From: Candidatus Micrarchaeota archaeon
Lineage (GTDB): Archaea > Micrarchaeota > Micrarchaeia > Anstonellales > Bilamarchaeaceae
Length of the DNA: 57,724 nt
Assembly: GCA_018304385.1 (NCBI GenBank)
Contig: JAGVWJ010000015.1
Location: 1-57,724 of the forward strand
Direction: 5' to 3'
A model generated the notes under the pieces. That model was not told the DNA's origin and did not search any database. It saw only the letters and a program-made list of their open reading frames with translations. The translations under genes and the position numbers were made by a program. Shown here one piece after another: positions 32,809 through 41,661 of this stretch. The first letter of the stretch is position 1. Each line of letters begins with the position of its first letter.

Positions 32809-32970
32809 ATGTTAAATAAAACAAATATCGCGACTGGCGCTGCAATGATTCTTGGTGGTGCTGGTGAGATAATTGCTACGGGTGGCGCATTCTGTCCGCT
32901 TTGCATAGGGGCGATTACTAGTGGCACTGGTATAATTGCTAATGAGTTTGGTTTGAGGATTAATAAATAA
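32809..32970 (+). CDS. small Gly-rich hydrophobic peptide with CPLC motif (not in ORF track)
   Basis: ATG 32809 follows GAGGA. Sequence MLNKTNIATGAAMILGGAGEIIATGGAFCPLCIGAITSGTGIIANEFGLRINK. It fills the gap to the cca stop; the competing antisense ORF 32703..32927 looks spurious. Confidence 0.4.
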   Translation: MLNKTNIATGAAMILGGAGEIIATGGAFCPLCIGAITSGTGIIANEFGLRINK

Positions 32971-34224
32971 TTATGTTCTACTTATTTTTACACTTTTCTT
33001 ATCCAAATGACTAGGCAACTCAATAGTTCTAAAAAACATCCGCAATGCCTCCTCTGCATTTCTGATATCTCGCTTAACAAATGCGCAAACTTTTTTGTTT
33101 TTTATAATGAACTTGGCGCCTTTATGTGCCAATTTGAATTTCTTCACATTATCCTTAAGTTTTAATGGTGGGCCAAGAATCAGCCTTTTATTTGGAAGCA
33201 CATTTTGCTTTAGATTAATAGCAATCTTAATTTCATCTTCTGCTTCATCAATAATATTTTTAATTTCAAAATCGTGCTTCTTTAAGAAGTCAACTAAGAG
33301 GCGTTCCATTTTCCTTATCTGACCCCAAAGCACATCATCCACTACGTCAGGTTTCTTCAATATTATCAAATATTTTAGTTTCTTTACTTTATCATAAAAA
33401 GAAATTGGTGAACCAAAAAACTGGTCGTTGGGATTTTGCAGAAATTTCTTTGCTAGTGTTGCAAATTGCTTATTATTCTCAACGCTAACTGCTGCTGCAA
33501 CATTGCGATTTTGATCAGTTGGATCAATAACAACAAGCGAACTATGGAATTTTTTAATCGCATCCACGATTTCATTTTTCTTATAGTATTTTTTCAAATC
33601 TATAAACACAGGCAGTTCCCATTTGCTAGCTGCCTTAAGCAAATTAACAAAGCCTTTGTAATATAAGATAAGTAATTCACAAAGATATCCTGAAAAGCCT
33701 TGAATACGGATTTCGGCTCCGTATAGCGCGTTGCTCTTTAAGAATTTCTTGAGTAAAAGCACATCATCTATTTGTTTTTTCTTCAAATTAGCAAGTATAA
33801 ACTTAGTATGCAAAACACTCCTGTCCACTGCGCTCTTTAGCTGCTTTGCATTTGTTATTTTATATGCTGGGACAACATCAATGCGCCTTCCAGCTAAATG
33901 CAATCTAACATAAGGATGCTCTGCATAGCTAATAACATAATGTTGTTTAGGAAACGCCTTTGTGACAGCGCTCTTAGCTAATGATTCGAATCTTTCCTTT
34001 GGAACTGTTTGCTTAAAGAGCAAGAATATGTCCAAATCTTTGCTCTCTTTTAAAAATGTGCCTTTGGCAATGCTTCCTGTGACAGTTATTTCGGCATTAG
34101 ATTGTTTTTTCAACCTTGATACGATGTCTTTTGCAAAGTCTCTCTCTTCTTTTAGCTGTTGTAAACTTGGCTTTATGCCTTGCAAAACACTTTTTAGCAG
34201 CTTTTTTAACTTCGAATTCACCAT
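32971..34224 (-). CDS. cca: CCA-adding enzyme (archaeal class I tRNA nucleotidyltransferase)
   Basis: GSIAKGTFLKESKDLDIFLLF nucleotidyltransferase motif, length and downstream domains. Confidence 0.9.
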   Translation of the reverse strand: MVNSKLKKLLKSVLQGIKPSLQQLKEERDFAKDIVSRLKKQSNAEITVTGSIAKGTFLKESKDLDIFLLFKQTVPKERFESLAKSAVTKAFPKQHYVISYAEHPYVRLHLAGRRIDVVPAYKITNAKQLKSAVDRSVLHTKFILANLKKKQIDDVLLLKKFLKSNALYGAEIRIQGFSGYLCELLILYYKGFVNLLKAASKWELPVFIDLKKYYKKNEIVDAIKKFHSSLVVIDPTDQNRNVAAAVSVENNKQFATLAKKFLQNPNDQFFGSPISFYDKVKKLKYLIILKKPDVVDDVLWGQIRKMERLLVDFLKKHDFEIKNIIDEAEDEIKIAINLKQNVLPNKRLILGPPLKLKDNVKKFKLAHKGAKFIIKNKKVCAFVKRDIRNAEEALRMFFRTIELPSHLDKKSVKISRT

Positions 34225-34238
34225 AAATAATCTTTTAA

Positions 34239-36503
34239 ATGAAAACTAATAAAGGTTTGGTTATGCGAAAGATCATTATCCTACTATTAGCATTAATTAT
34301 ATTCGGATGTATTTCTGAGAAAGATGCTTCAGCACTCAAGAATGAAGAGATTGCAATACCAGAAGAAATGGACATAAATGAGGATGGACAGATAGACTTT
34401 GCGAGTTATAAGTTTTTTACTGTAGAAAAAGAAGGAATAAAAACAACCAGGGTTGTTAATGTTTATGTTGAGAATGATGCAATCATAGAGGATTTTAATG
34501 AATTCACTGATGTTGATCTAATAAACATGCATGACAGTTTATCAGAATTTACAAAAAATTATGAGAGTACTGATGATGAGTGTTCAACAAACCTTGGACT
34601 ACTTGCAGTAAGCTGCCCTGATCAAAAGACATGTGCAAACATTTGCTCATCAAACTCTGCAAAATGCAAAAAGCTTGTTGAAGGCTCACCTGAGGCAATT
34701 GGCCATTCTGTATTTCTATATGCAAGAGATAACAACGAAATAAGGAGTGCACTTAGGGACTTGAATAAAGAACTACCTACAATAAACGATGCAACACAAA
34801 ATCAAAAAATAGATTTCTTAAAAAATGGAGAAAAAATAGTTACAAAATTAGCTTCTGTAGGAGCTAACCCAATATACAAACAATTTGAATTATGCGAGTA
34901 TGGTGATTATCAGGCAGCAAAACTTATAAGTGTAACAAAAAAACTAGCCACATATTCGGTCCAACCAAAGAAGTTTAACTATCGTATAACAATAGGTGTT
35001 GAGCTTCCGGCAAAAAAAACAGGAGAGAAACTAAGTTTTAATGACCTAATAGCAAAGGATGGTTTACCAACTAGTTTAGGGGTTACAGAAAATTCTATTT
35101 CTTCTCCACAAGAGATAACACTATCAGCTGTTGCATCAAAGATACAGGTGCAATGGCCTGCATTTAGATCATCAAATGAACGATTTGTTTTACTTTACGA
35201 ATTTGCTACTACCGCACCTCCAAATCAAGTATTAACGCAACTTATCAGTCCCACCATAACATTAAAGGTATTAAATATAGAATTCTTACAGCTAACGCTC
35301 TCACTCTATGGAATGTTATATAGTGCAACTAAAAACTTCTATATATCTTTTGCCTCAGCATTTGCCATAACTGTAATTGTAATTCTTTTACTCTTTAACA
35401 TAATTGTAATTTTATACAAAATAATAAGAGCAAAAATGGCAAAAGAAACAGCCTCACAGGGCATATTCATGGCGTTGCGTAAAACACGCATAAAATGGAA
35501 AAGCGATATAGTGGCTTCAGTAGTTTCCTTTATTGTTGGTTTTGCAGCTATGAGTATGTTTGCAAAAGATGTCAAAACCCAATTAAACCTAACGGAAACC
35601 ATTGATTTTATGATTAGTGAACCTGCTGGTTTTCTTGCTGTCGCAGGAATATTTTTTGGGATTGTGTTCTTATATTCTACAATAGAGAACCGCATTAAGA
35701 TATATGCATTAGAGCAAAGATATGGCAGGAAATTCAAAGATGAAAAAGCACTATTTATTGCAAGTGGTAATGAACTAAAAACAAAAATAGATGAACTAAA
35801 GAAATTGGTTGCGACACTGAGCAGCGAGAATTTTGAGGTTGGCGCAGAGCATGATTTTGCATCATCAATATCAAGTCAACGCATAGACGAAATAATGAAA
35901 AAGACTGATCCACAGCATAAGAGAGAAGTAGAGGATTATTTAACTAAAGTAGATGAGGCATTAAGCAGATTGCACGAGTTAAAGAAATTGTCAGAGCAAA
36001 ACTGGACTGTATGGAATGATTACATTGCTAAATTGCTTGGTGAAACAGATGAGGTTTATTTATCCGGGCTGGTAACTATTCCAGCATCACTGCGAAGCTG
36101 GGCGCTTAATAAATTTGTTAAAGAACATCCTGATTATGGGTTAACGTTTGAAGGTGAATTGATACGAAGGAGAGAGGTTTCACCTGATAAGATTGCGCGC
36201 GCTATGATTGAGAGAAAGCTATTGCATGGTGTTGTAATTGTAAAGGATGGAAAGGTTAGTTTCTCGAAATGTGAGGGTGCTGGCGCAACTATTGTTGGTG
36301 CATTAACTGCTAAAATGCTAAGCTACTTGAGTTCAGCTGTAAAGAACGTCGGGCAGCATGATTATAATAGCGTTGCTACCATAGGTGACAAATTATTATT
36401 AGTTTTATTAAAGCATCACACAATGGAAGCCCTACTTATAATGGAAAAAGAGAAATTTAAGGAAGCAATAGAAGAATGGAAAAATAAATTGAAGAATGTT
36501 TGA
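34239..36503 (+). CDS. large lipoprotein-anchored multi-pass membrane protein with Roadblock/LC7-like C-terminus
   Basis: Signal/lipobox MRKIIILLLALIIFGC (alt start 34263), Cys-rich ectodomain, 3-4 TM helices (about residues 370-500), coiled coil. C-terminal GVVIVKDGKVSFSKCEGAGATIVGALTAKML..LLLVLL resembles Roadblock/LC7. Confidence 0.55.
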   Translation: MKTNKGLVMRKIIILLLALIIFGCISEKDASALKNEEIAIPEEMDINEDGQIDFASYKFFTVEKEGIKTTRVVNVYVENDAIIEDFNEFTDVDLINMHDSLSEFTKNYESTDDECSTNLGLLAVSCPDQKTCANICSSNSAKCKKLVEGSPEAIGHSVFLYARDNNEIRSALRDLNKELPTINDATQNQKIDFLKNGEKIVTKLASVGANPIYKQFELCEYGDYQAAKLISVTKKLATYSVQPKKFNYRITIGVELPAKKTGEKLSFNDLIAKDGLPTSLGVTENSISSPQEITLSAVASKIQVQWPAFRSSNERFVLLYEFATTAPPNQVLTQLISPTITLKVLNIEFLQLTLSLYGMLYSATKNFYISFASAFAITVIVILLLFNIIVILYKIIRAKMAKETASQGIFMALRKTRIKWKSDIVASVVSFIVGFAAMSMFAKDVKTQLNLTETIDFMISEPAGFLAVAGIFFGIVFLYSTIENRIKIYALEQRYGRKFKDEKALFIASGNELKTKIDELKKLVATLSSENFEVGAEHDFASSISSQRIDEIMKKTDPQHKREVEDYLTKVDEALSRLHELKKLSEQNWTVWNDYIAKLLGETDEVYLSGLVTIPASLRSWALNKFVKEHPDYGLTFEGELIRRREVSPDKIARAMIERKLLHGVVIVKDGKVSFSKCEGAGATIVGALTAKMLSYLSSAVKNVGQHDYNSVATIGDKLLLVLLKHHTMEALLIMEKEKFKEAIEEWKNKLKNV

Positions 36504-36520
36504 TTAGCTTACAAAAGGAC

Positions 36521-37030
36521 TTAACTAGTTGCTTTTTGTTTTCGCGGCAAAAACTCCAGACTAACAATGATTTGCTGGCCCTCGAAAATTACACGGCTCA
36601 GAATAAAATGATCTTTAAAGCGAGGTTCACGTGAACTCTCATTCCAAAAATTTACACTATTTTGAAAAGCCTTTCTTATCTCCTTAAGAGCTCTTTCTCT
36701 TTTTTCTGGATCATTTTCTCTAACTGTAGATGAAAATGAAGAACGCGATCCTATGAACTGAGTTGGGGAGGCATAAATATCAAGCATATCCTTAAAGAAT
36801 GTTGGGCGTAAACCTAGAATATCACTTGCTTCTGCAAGTGCTAAGGCATTGCGCTGATACCATGGGATAGCTCTGGTATCCTGGAGTGGAGGATTTCGAT
36901 ATATCTCAAGTAGTTTATCCGCAACACTTGAATCAGCCCCTATATGTAGAAGAGCATTTCTAAATCGTTGTTCATCTCCAGATAATCTTACTGGACGAAC
37001 TCCTCGAACTTCTTTTTTATCATCAGTCAT
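36521..37030 (-). CDS. hypothetical protein co-transcribed with the subtilase
   Basis: SD gggggatacaaaATG lies 30 nt after the protease stop. No family recognised. Confidence 0.5.
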   Translation of the reverse strand: MTDDKKEVRGVRPVRLSGDEQRFRNALLHIGADSSVADKLLEIYRNPPLQDTRAIPWYQRNALALAEASDILGLRPTFFKDMLDIYASPTQFIGSRSSFSSTVRENDPEKRERALKEIRKAFQNSVNFWNESSREPRFKDHFILSRVIFEGQQIIVSLEFLPRKQKATS

Positions 37031-37060
37031 TTTGTATCCCCCATAAAAGTTCTATAACTA

Positions 37061-39256
37061 CTATTTATTCTGCCCTGGTGCACTCCCTGAATTACCCGGA
37101 CTTCCACCACTAGATCCACCACCTTGTCCTCCACCTTGACCGCCAGACTGGCCAGGTGCTGTACCTGATTGACCTGGGGCAGTGCCACTTCTACCTGGTG
37201 ATGAACTTGCAACATCTGGTGCGGATTTTTCTATTTGCCTTTCAATAGCAGATTCCTTATCTGAAACCTTTCTTTTTTCTACTAATGTATTTTTCATTAC
37301 ATTTCCAATTCTTTCCTTTACTAAGGTTTTGTCTTCTGCTTTTTCATAACTAGTTAGGAGCACCTCTAAATGCTTTGGGCTGTTTTCAGCTAATAAATCA
37401 TTGAAATTTTTCATGTCCTTTCCAAATTTCTTACCAGCATCAGCACTGCTTATCGCTTTCTTGAGCAAGCGTTCGTATTCCTTAAGTTTTTTCTCAGCAT
37501 CGAATATTTTTCCTTGTTCTGTAAGTTCAGCAGCGCTGTTTAGATAGTCTTCGGCTAACCTTAGATTAAGCTCAGCTGAATTGCCTGGCTCGCGCGCCTC
37601 TATTTTTGCAACAATATTATCATGTCCTTTTCTACTTGCCTGCAATGCGTTTTCGAGCGCGCGCTTTGCATTCTCAGGTACTTTGTCTTTTACTTCTTCA
37701 AGCACATCCAAATGCTTGGCAGTTTTCAATGCAGCATTTACCAATCCTTTTTCATCATATTCTTTTGTATCTTGTAGTATGTCATCGCATGCTGCAATGT
37801 CTGATTTATAATCACGAAGTAGGCTATCTGCGTATTCATCGCCTTCTTTCTCGATCATTACCTTTAGCTCGCCTAAACGCAAATCAGCATGATTAAGATA
37901 ACGCTCGCATTTTTTTAGCTGACCTAATGTTGTGAACATCCTGATGTTTTCAAAGAATCGCTTAAATCCGTAAGCACTGGAATCTGGTAATAGACCAATA
38001 TTTTTTGTCATGTTCTTTTTTAACAAACCTGGAGGGATCTTTATTCTTTTTGTTCTATTTGTCTCGTTTAAACTCTCATTAAGTATTGGTTCAGGAAGTT
38101 TTGGAATTACTGTAAACCATGCATTATATGCATCTACACGACCAGCACCTTGTGAATTGATGTCATAACCAATATTAATTGCTGTTGATTGAATAACGCG
38201 CTTTACATCAGCTGGCGTAAGCGTATTATTTGTTCCAAGCATTAATGCGACTACGCCGCTAACATGGGGTGTTGCCATGCTTGTTCCGCTGAATGTTGTA
38301 AACCCGTTGCCTAAATAAGTAGATGTTATGTAATAACCTGGTGCAACAATATCTGGTTTTATTCTTCCATCTCCTGTTGGACCGCGCGAGGAAAACCAAA
38401 CTACTGCATCATTATCATCAGTTGCTCCAACTGTTAATGCATCACGCGCACAGCCAGGAGATAAAATAGTACTGCCATCTGGACCGCTATTACCAGCTGC
38501 AACTACTACTACCTTGCCCTTTGCAACTGCACTATCAACTGCTAAAGACATTGCATCTGTGCCATCACACGGATAAACATAACAGCCAAGCGACATACTG
38601 ATTACTTCTGCGCCATTATTAACTGAATATTCTATACCTGCAACTACATCGCTTTCATAGCCCCAACCATATTGGTTAAGCACTTTTACGTTCATTATGC
38701 GCGTGCCTGGTGCAACACCTTTATACGTTGCATCATTACTTGCAATTATACCAGAAACATGTGTTCCGTGGCCATAGTAGTCCTGCGGGTTTCCATCTGT
38801 TGAAAAATCAATATCAGAAACAACAGTATATGCTGAATGATGATAAACACCTGTATCAATAACGGCTACATCAATATTGCTAACAGTTGCATTTGGCCAA
38901 ACCTTGTTTGCGCCAATCTTATAAGAACTTACATCTAATGAAACATTTGTAACGTGGTCAAGCTGCACGCGTTTCACATGACCTTTTTCTGAGAATTTTT
39001 TTATCAGGCCTTTTGGCAAATCAGCTGAGGCAGCATCAATTATGCTAAAGCTTCGTTTTATTTTAGCACCCTCGCTTTTCATCACATCTAAAACTTCTTT
39101 TGGCTGCTTGCCATTAAATATAAAAATTACTTTTACGCTTTCGTTATCGCCAAGCTTTTCAATATGCTTCTGCAAGCCGGGGTGGATCTCTCCGGAAAAA
39201 ACAAAATTCACAAAAAATAAAAATACTATTCCTGTTACAATAATTTTAGATTTCAT
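37061..39256 (-). CDS. secreted subtilisin-like (S8) serine protease with helical C-terminal extension and Gly/Ser/Pro tail
   Basis: Signal peptide, catalytic VAVIDTGV / HGTHVSGI / SGTSMATPHVSG, tail GTAPGQSGTAPGQSGGQGGGQGGG. Confidence 0.9.
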   Translation of the reverse strand: MKSKIIVTGIVFLFFVNFVFSGEIHPGLQKHIEKLGDNESVKVIFIFNGKQPKEVLDVMKSEGAKIKRSFSIIDAASADLPKGLIKKFSEKGHVKRVQLDHVTNVSLDVSSYKIGANKVWPNATVSNIDVAVIDTGVYHHSAYTVVSDIDFSTDGNPQDYYGHGTHVSGIIASNDATYKGVAPGTRIMNVKVLNQYGWGYESDVVAGIEYSVNNGAEVISMSLGCYVYPCDGTDAMSLAVDSAVAKGKVVVVAAGNSGPDGSTILSPGCARDALTVGATDDNDAVVWFSSRGPTGDGRIKPDIVAPGYYITSTYLGNGFTTFSGTSMATPHVSGVVALMLGTNNTLTPADVKRVIQSTAINIGYDINSQGAGRVDAYNAWFTVIPKLPEPILNESLNETNRTKRIKIPPGLLKKNMTKNIGLLPDSSAYGFKRFFENIRMFTTLGQLKKCERYLNHADLRLGELKVMIEKEGDEYADSLLRDYKSDIAACDDILQDTKEYDEKGLVNAALKTAKHLDVLEEVKDKVPENAKRALENALQASRKGHDNIVAKIEAREPGNSAELNLRLAEDYLNSAAELTEQGKIFDAEKKLKEYERLLKKAISSADAGKKFGKDMKNFNDLLAENSPKHLEVLLTSYEKAEDKTLVKERIGNVMKNTLVEKRKVSDKESAIERQIEKSAPDVASSSPGRSGTAPGQSGTAPGQSGGQGGGQGGGSSGGSPGNSGSAPGQNK

Positions 39257-39296
39257 AAATGTATTTCACTGCAAATTATTAAAAATACGTTAGGAA

Positions 39297-39334
39297 GTGG
39301 CTCATTGCCCACTGCCAAAGGCTCACAGCAGCAG
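39297..39334 (-). repeat. heptad-periodic array R5 (relic of an orphan-family 5' end?)
   Basis: Plus strand gtggctcattgcccactgccaaaggctcacag aligns with R6 gtggctcactgcacactgcccactgcccaaggctcg. The minus-sense ATGAGC..frame stops after 8 codons. Confidence 0.65.
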
Positions 39335-39465
39335 TTTTGTGACGCTCATTTATAAATATTTCGCTGCATAATAAATACTTAATAGACCAGTATTCACAAC
39401 GACCATGAAAAATATACTGTTGCGGATAGCTGGAATAATAAAAATTTAAAAAAAAATTGAGGTGA

Positions 39466-39783
39466 ATGAAATGGCAAAAGTTGGTGAAGCACTTTTGGGC
39501 AATAAAGGGTGGTGCGAAATCCAGTAGTGACAAAGTAGTAGTTAAAGATGCGGTATTGTTAGGTGAATCTAATTCTGTTAAAGACCCACGATTTAAAAAG
39601 AAAAAGTTTGTCTCTGAAGTTGGAAGACCAAACTCTTTAGATGTAAACAAATTGAAAGAACTGCTTAGACTGTACTATAGCTATCCATATAGCTTTAGAG
39701 AGTTAGCAGACATGTTTGGTGTTTCGAGAATGACTGTATGGCGCGCAGTGCAAACCACGCAAGCGCTAGTAACAACGAGGTGA
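39466..39783 (+). CDS. small HTH protein (resolvase/transposase-type HTH), start uncertain
   Basis: GRPNSLDVNKLKELLRLYYSYPYSFRELADMFGVSRMTVWRAV. ATG 39466 abuts the SD with zero spacing, so the true start is uncertain. Confidence 0.5.
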   Translation: MKWQKLVKHFWAIKGGAKSSSDKVVVKDAVLLGESNSVKDPRFKKKKFVSEVGRPNSLDVNKLKELLRLYYSYPYSFRELADMFGVSRMTVWRAVQTTQALVTTR

Positions 39784-39787
39784 AAAT

Positions 39788-40264
39788 ATGCAAGCAGTAC
39801 CACACACAACAGAAAGAGGGGGCAATGGTGCAAGAGCAGCACCTAGATTTATGCAACCAACAATGCATGCGCCAGCTTCGCGTGTTGGCGAGGTTTTTAG
39901 ATTGCACAATGATGCATTGCAAAAGGTAACGAAACCACAGGTTGCAGATGCAAAATCAAGTGAGGTATTCTTATTGTGCGTCAGCACTGAAACTGCAAAA
40001 CAATGTGCTGGTAATATGGTTGTACCAGCAGACGAGGGACAGCACAGGACATTTAAAGGATTGGTAGAAGCCGAAGGTAGTACAATGAGATTCTATGTAG
40101 TGCATGATGGAGAAACTGGAAACTCAGTAAAATTCGGTACAAAAATGTGGAGCGAGCGAGTAAATGGTATGGGTCAAAGTAGCTTAATGGAAGGTTTTGT
40201 TCCACATGCAGATAGATACTATGTAGGGGTGAGTGCTTCACATGCAGTAAAAGAAATGCAATGA
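39788..40264 (+). CDS. hypothetical protein (G+C-rich islet)
   Basis: GAGGTGAaaatATG, with the upstream stop TGA inside the SD. 158 aa, no family recognised. Confidence 0.5.
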   Translation: MQAVPHTTERGGNGARAAPRFMQPTMHAPASRVGEVFRLHNDALQKVTKPQVADAKSSEVFLLCVSTETAKQCAGNMVVPADEGQHRTFKGLVEAEGSTMRFYVVHDGETGNSVKFGTKMWSERVNGMGQSSLMEGFVPHADRYYVGVSASHAVKEMQ

Positions 40265-40292
40265 GTTTGTGTGAATAAATTAGGTGGTGGCA

Positions 40293-40574
40293 ATGGCGAC
40301 CTTACGAAATTATATCCTCCCATTAGAGAGAGATGCACTTAGAAAAAGGGCACAAATGCGTAGTGCTGCGAGCAGTTTTTCTGCTGCAGCTACAAGTGGT
40401 GGACAGGATACAATGAAATGGTTTGGGGTTGCACAAAAAGGAGGTAATGGAAATGGCAAACCTTATGGTCCGCAACCAGCCCCAAAACCAGTATCGCAAC
40501 CGAAACAACATACTAAAAGATTTGAGGTTGTGGGTGGTTGGCCTGGGGTAAAAGGAAAGGTTTACTTAGATTAA
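40293..40574 (+). CDS. hypothetical protein (G+C-rich islet)
   Basis: AGGTGGtggcaATG. 93 aa, Ala/Ser/Gly/Pro-rich. Confidence 0.45.
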   Translation: MATLRNYILPLERDALRKRAQMRSAASSFSAAATSGGQDTMKWFGVAQKGGNGNGKPYGPQPAPKPVSQPKQHTKRFEVVGGWPGVKGKVYLD

Positions 40575-40753
40575 CCTGTGGCTGATAGATTCGGAGAAAT
40601 AATTGTAGTCTATCGTGATGGACAAAATGGGTACTTAAAATCTAGAGTAATTGGTAATGTTCCAAGAGAAACGGAAAAAAGAAGAAGTATATTTGATTGA
40701 ACTATTTTTGATAGATGGGTTGTGCTACTAATCTTATCAAAAATGATCAGATT

Positions 40754-40784
40754 GGTTACTGGGAACTGGTTGCTGGCAACTCGA
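40754..40784 (-). repeat. degenerate heptad-periodic tract R9
   Basis: ggttact gggaact ggttgct ggcaact lies just downstream of the 40798 gene stop. It resembles the antisense form (GCNCACT) only weakly. Confidence 0.35.
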
Positions 40785-40797
40785 AACGATCAACGGA

Positions 40798-41613
40798 TCA
40801 GTATACTGCTATAACCCCTCCGCCATAATACCAGTCATGGTGTTCCAATTCGCTTCTGAATGCGAAATCATAGTAGTCTCTACTAACCGGAATTATTCCT
40901 GCGCCATATTGCCCACCCCATAACTGTCCTGTATCTGCAGTTCTGGGAGATTTTTCTATCAAGCGGAGATTGTTTTCATCAGCTACTTCTAAGTTAAATC
41001 TATTAATCCCTACATTAATTAATTTGAAATCCTGCGCCCAAGGATCGCTAGCACTAGGTTTTTTGGGAAATGAACGCCATGTTCTAAGAACTCTAAAAAT
41101 TTCAAAATCAGGATAATTCACTAATAAAATACAATCCACCTTACCCCTGAATCGCTCCGGAACTGTAAAGGAAATGGAATAATAGAATTCACCGTGTTTC
41201 CAATTTGCTACAACCTGTTCTCCAAAGGGTTGATCTTGTTTTTCATAAACAATCAAAGTACCTGTTCGGACACCAAGTCTGCAAACTTGTTGCAGGTATT
41301 TCTCATCCCTCTTTTGTTTTAGGATTGTGTGGAGAACATCATTCGGAACAATGAGTTTTCCTTCTCTTTTGGCTAAAGCAAGTGCTTCGAAAAAATTTAA
41401 ATCTCTATAAAATTCTATCACTTGCAATACCTGTTCTGGTGTCATATCTCTTAGCATTTGTCTTCTTGCGCGTAAGCGTTCTAGCTCTGTTCCTGTAACT
41501 TCTAGTTCTCTTACTTCGTGCGTTGGTTCTGGTTTGAATCTTTTGAACTGATCGTTTGCGCGTAAAGCGTGGCTCACTGCACACTGCCCACTGCCCAAGG
41601 CTCGTTTTCTCAT
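40798..41613 (-). CDS. orphan family protein (paralog of 31009..31821)
   Basis: See 31009..31821. It contains a 32-nt run (41453..41484) and a 15-nt run (41551..41565) identical to the paralog. Confidence 0.6.
   Translation of the reverse strand: MRKRALGSGQCAVSHALRANDQFKRFKPEPTHEVRELEVTGTELERLRARRQMLRDMTPEQVLQVIEFYRDLNFFEALALAKREGKLIVPNDVLHTILKQKRDEKYLQQVCRLGVRTGTLIVYEKQDQPFGEQVVANWKHGEFYYSISFTVPERFRGKVDCILLVNYPDFEIFRVLRTWRSFPKKPSASDPWAQDFKLINVGINRFNLEVADENNLRLIEKSPRTADTGQLWGGQYGAGIIPVSRDYYDFAFRSELEHHDWYYGGGVIAVY
41569..41604 (-). repeat. heptad-periodic array R6 (inside 5' coding end)
   Basis: Minus sense reads gagcctt gggcagt gggcagt gtgcagt gagccac, encoding ALGSGQCAVSH. Confidence 0.7.
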
Positions 41614-41644
41614 GTGATATAATTAGTAGATATGTGTTTTTAAT
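41614..41644 (-). promoter_or_regulatory. conserved leaderless promoter of the orphan family (copy 2)
   Basis: See 31822..31852. Confidence 0.5.
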
Positions 41645-41661
41645 ATTTACGCTATAGAAGA

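Noticed and set aside
37027-37215. 62-aa minus-strand ORF overlapping the 3' end of the subtilase gene
   Set aside because: It is an alternative frame of the repetitive Gly/Ser/Pro tail. The protease frame is continuous and explains the region.
39279-39650. 123-aa minus-strand ORF
   Set aside because: It spans the protease/HTH-gene divergent spacer, array R5 and the 5' end of the plus-strand HTH gene. It is low-complexity with no start context.
39695-40511. Stack of overlapping 60-75 aa ORFs on both strands (39695..39922, 39738..39929, 39766..39987, 40053..40241, 40323..40511)
   Set aside because: They are shadows of a stop-poor, G+C-richer stretch. Only the frames with GAGGTGA/AGGTGG plus an ATG context were kept.
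40578-40700. 40-codon GTG ORF after the third islet gene
   Set aside because: It has no SD, a GTG start and is very short. It is mentioned in the islet finding but not called as a feature.
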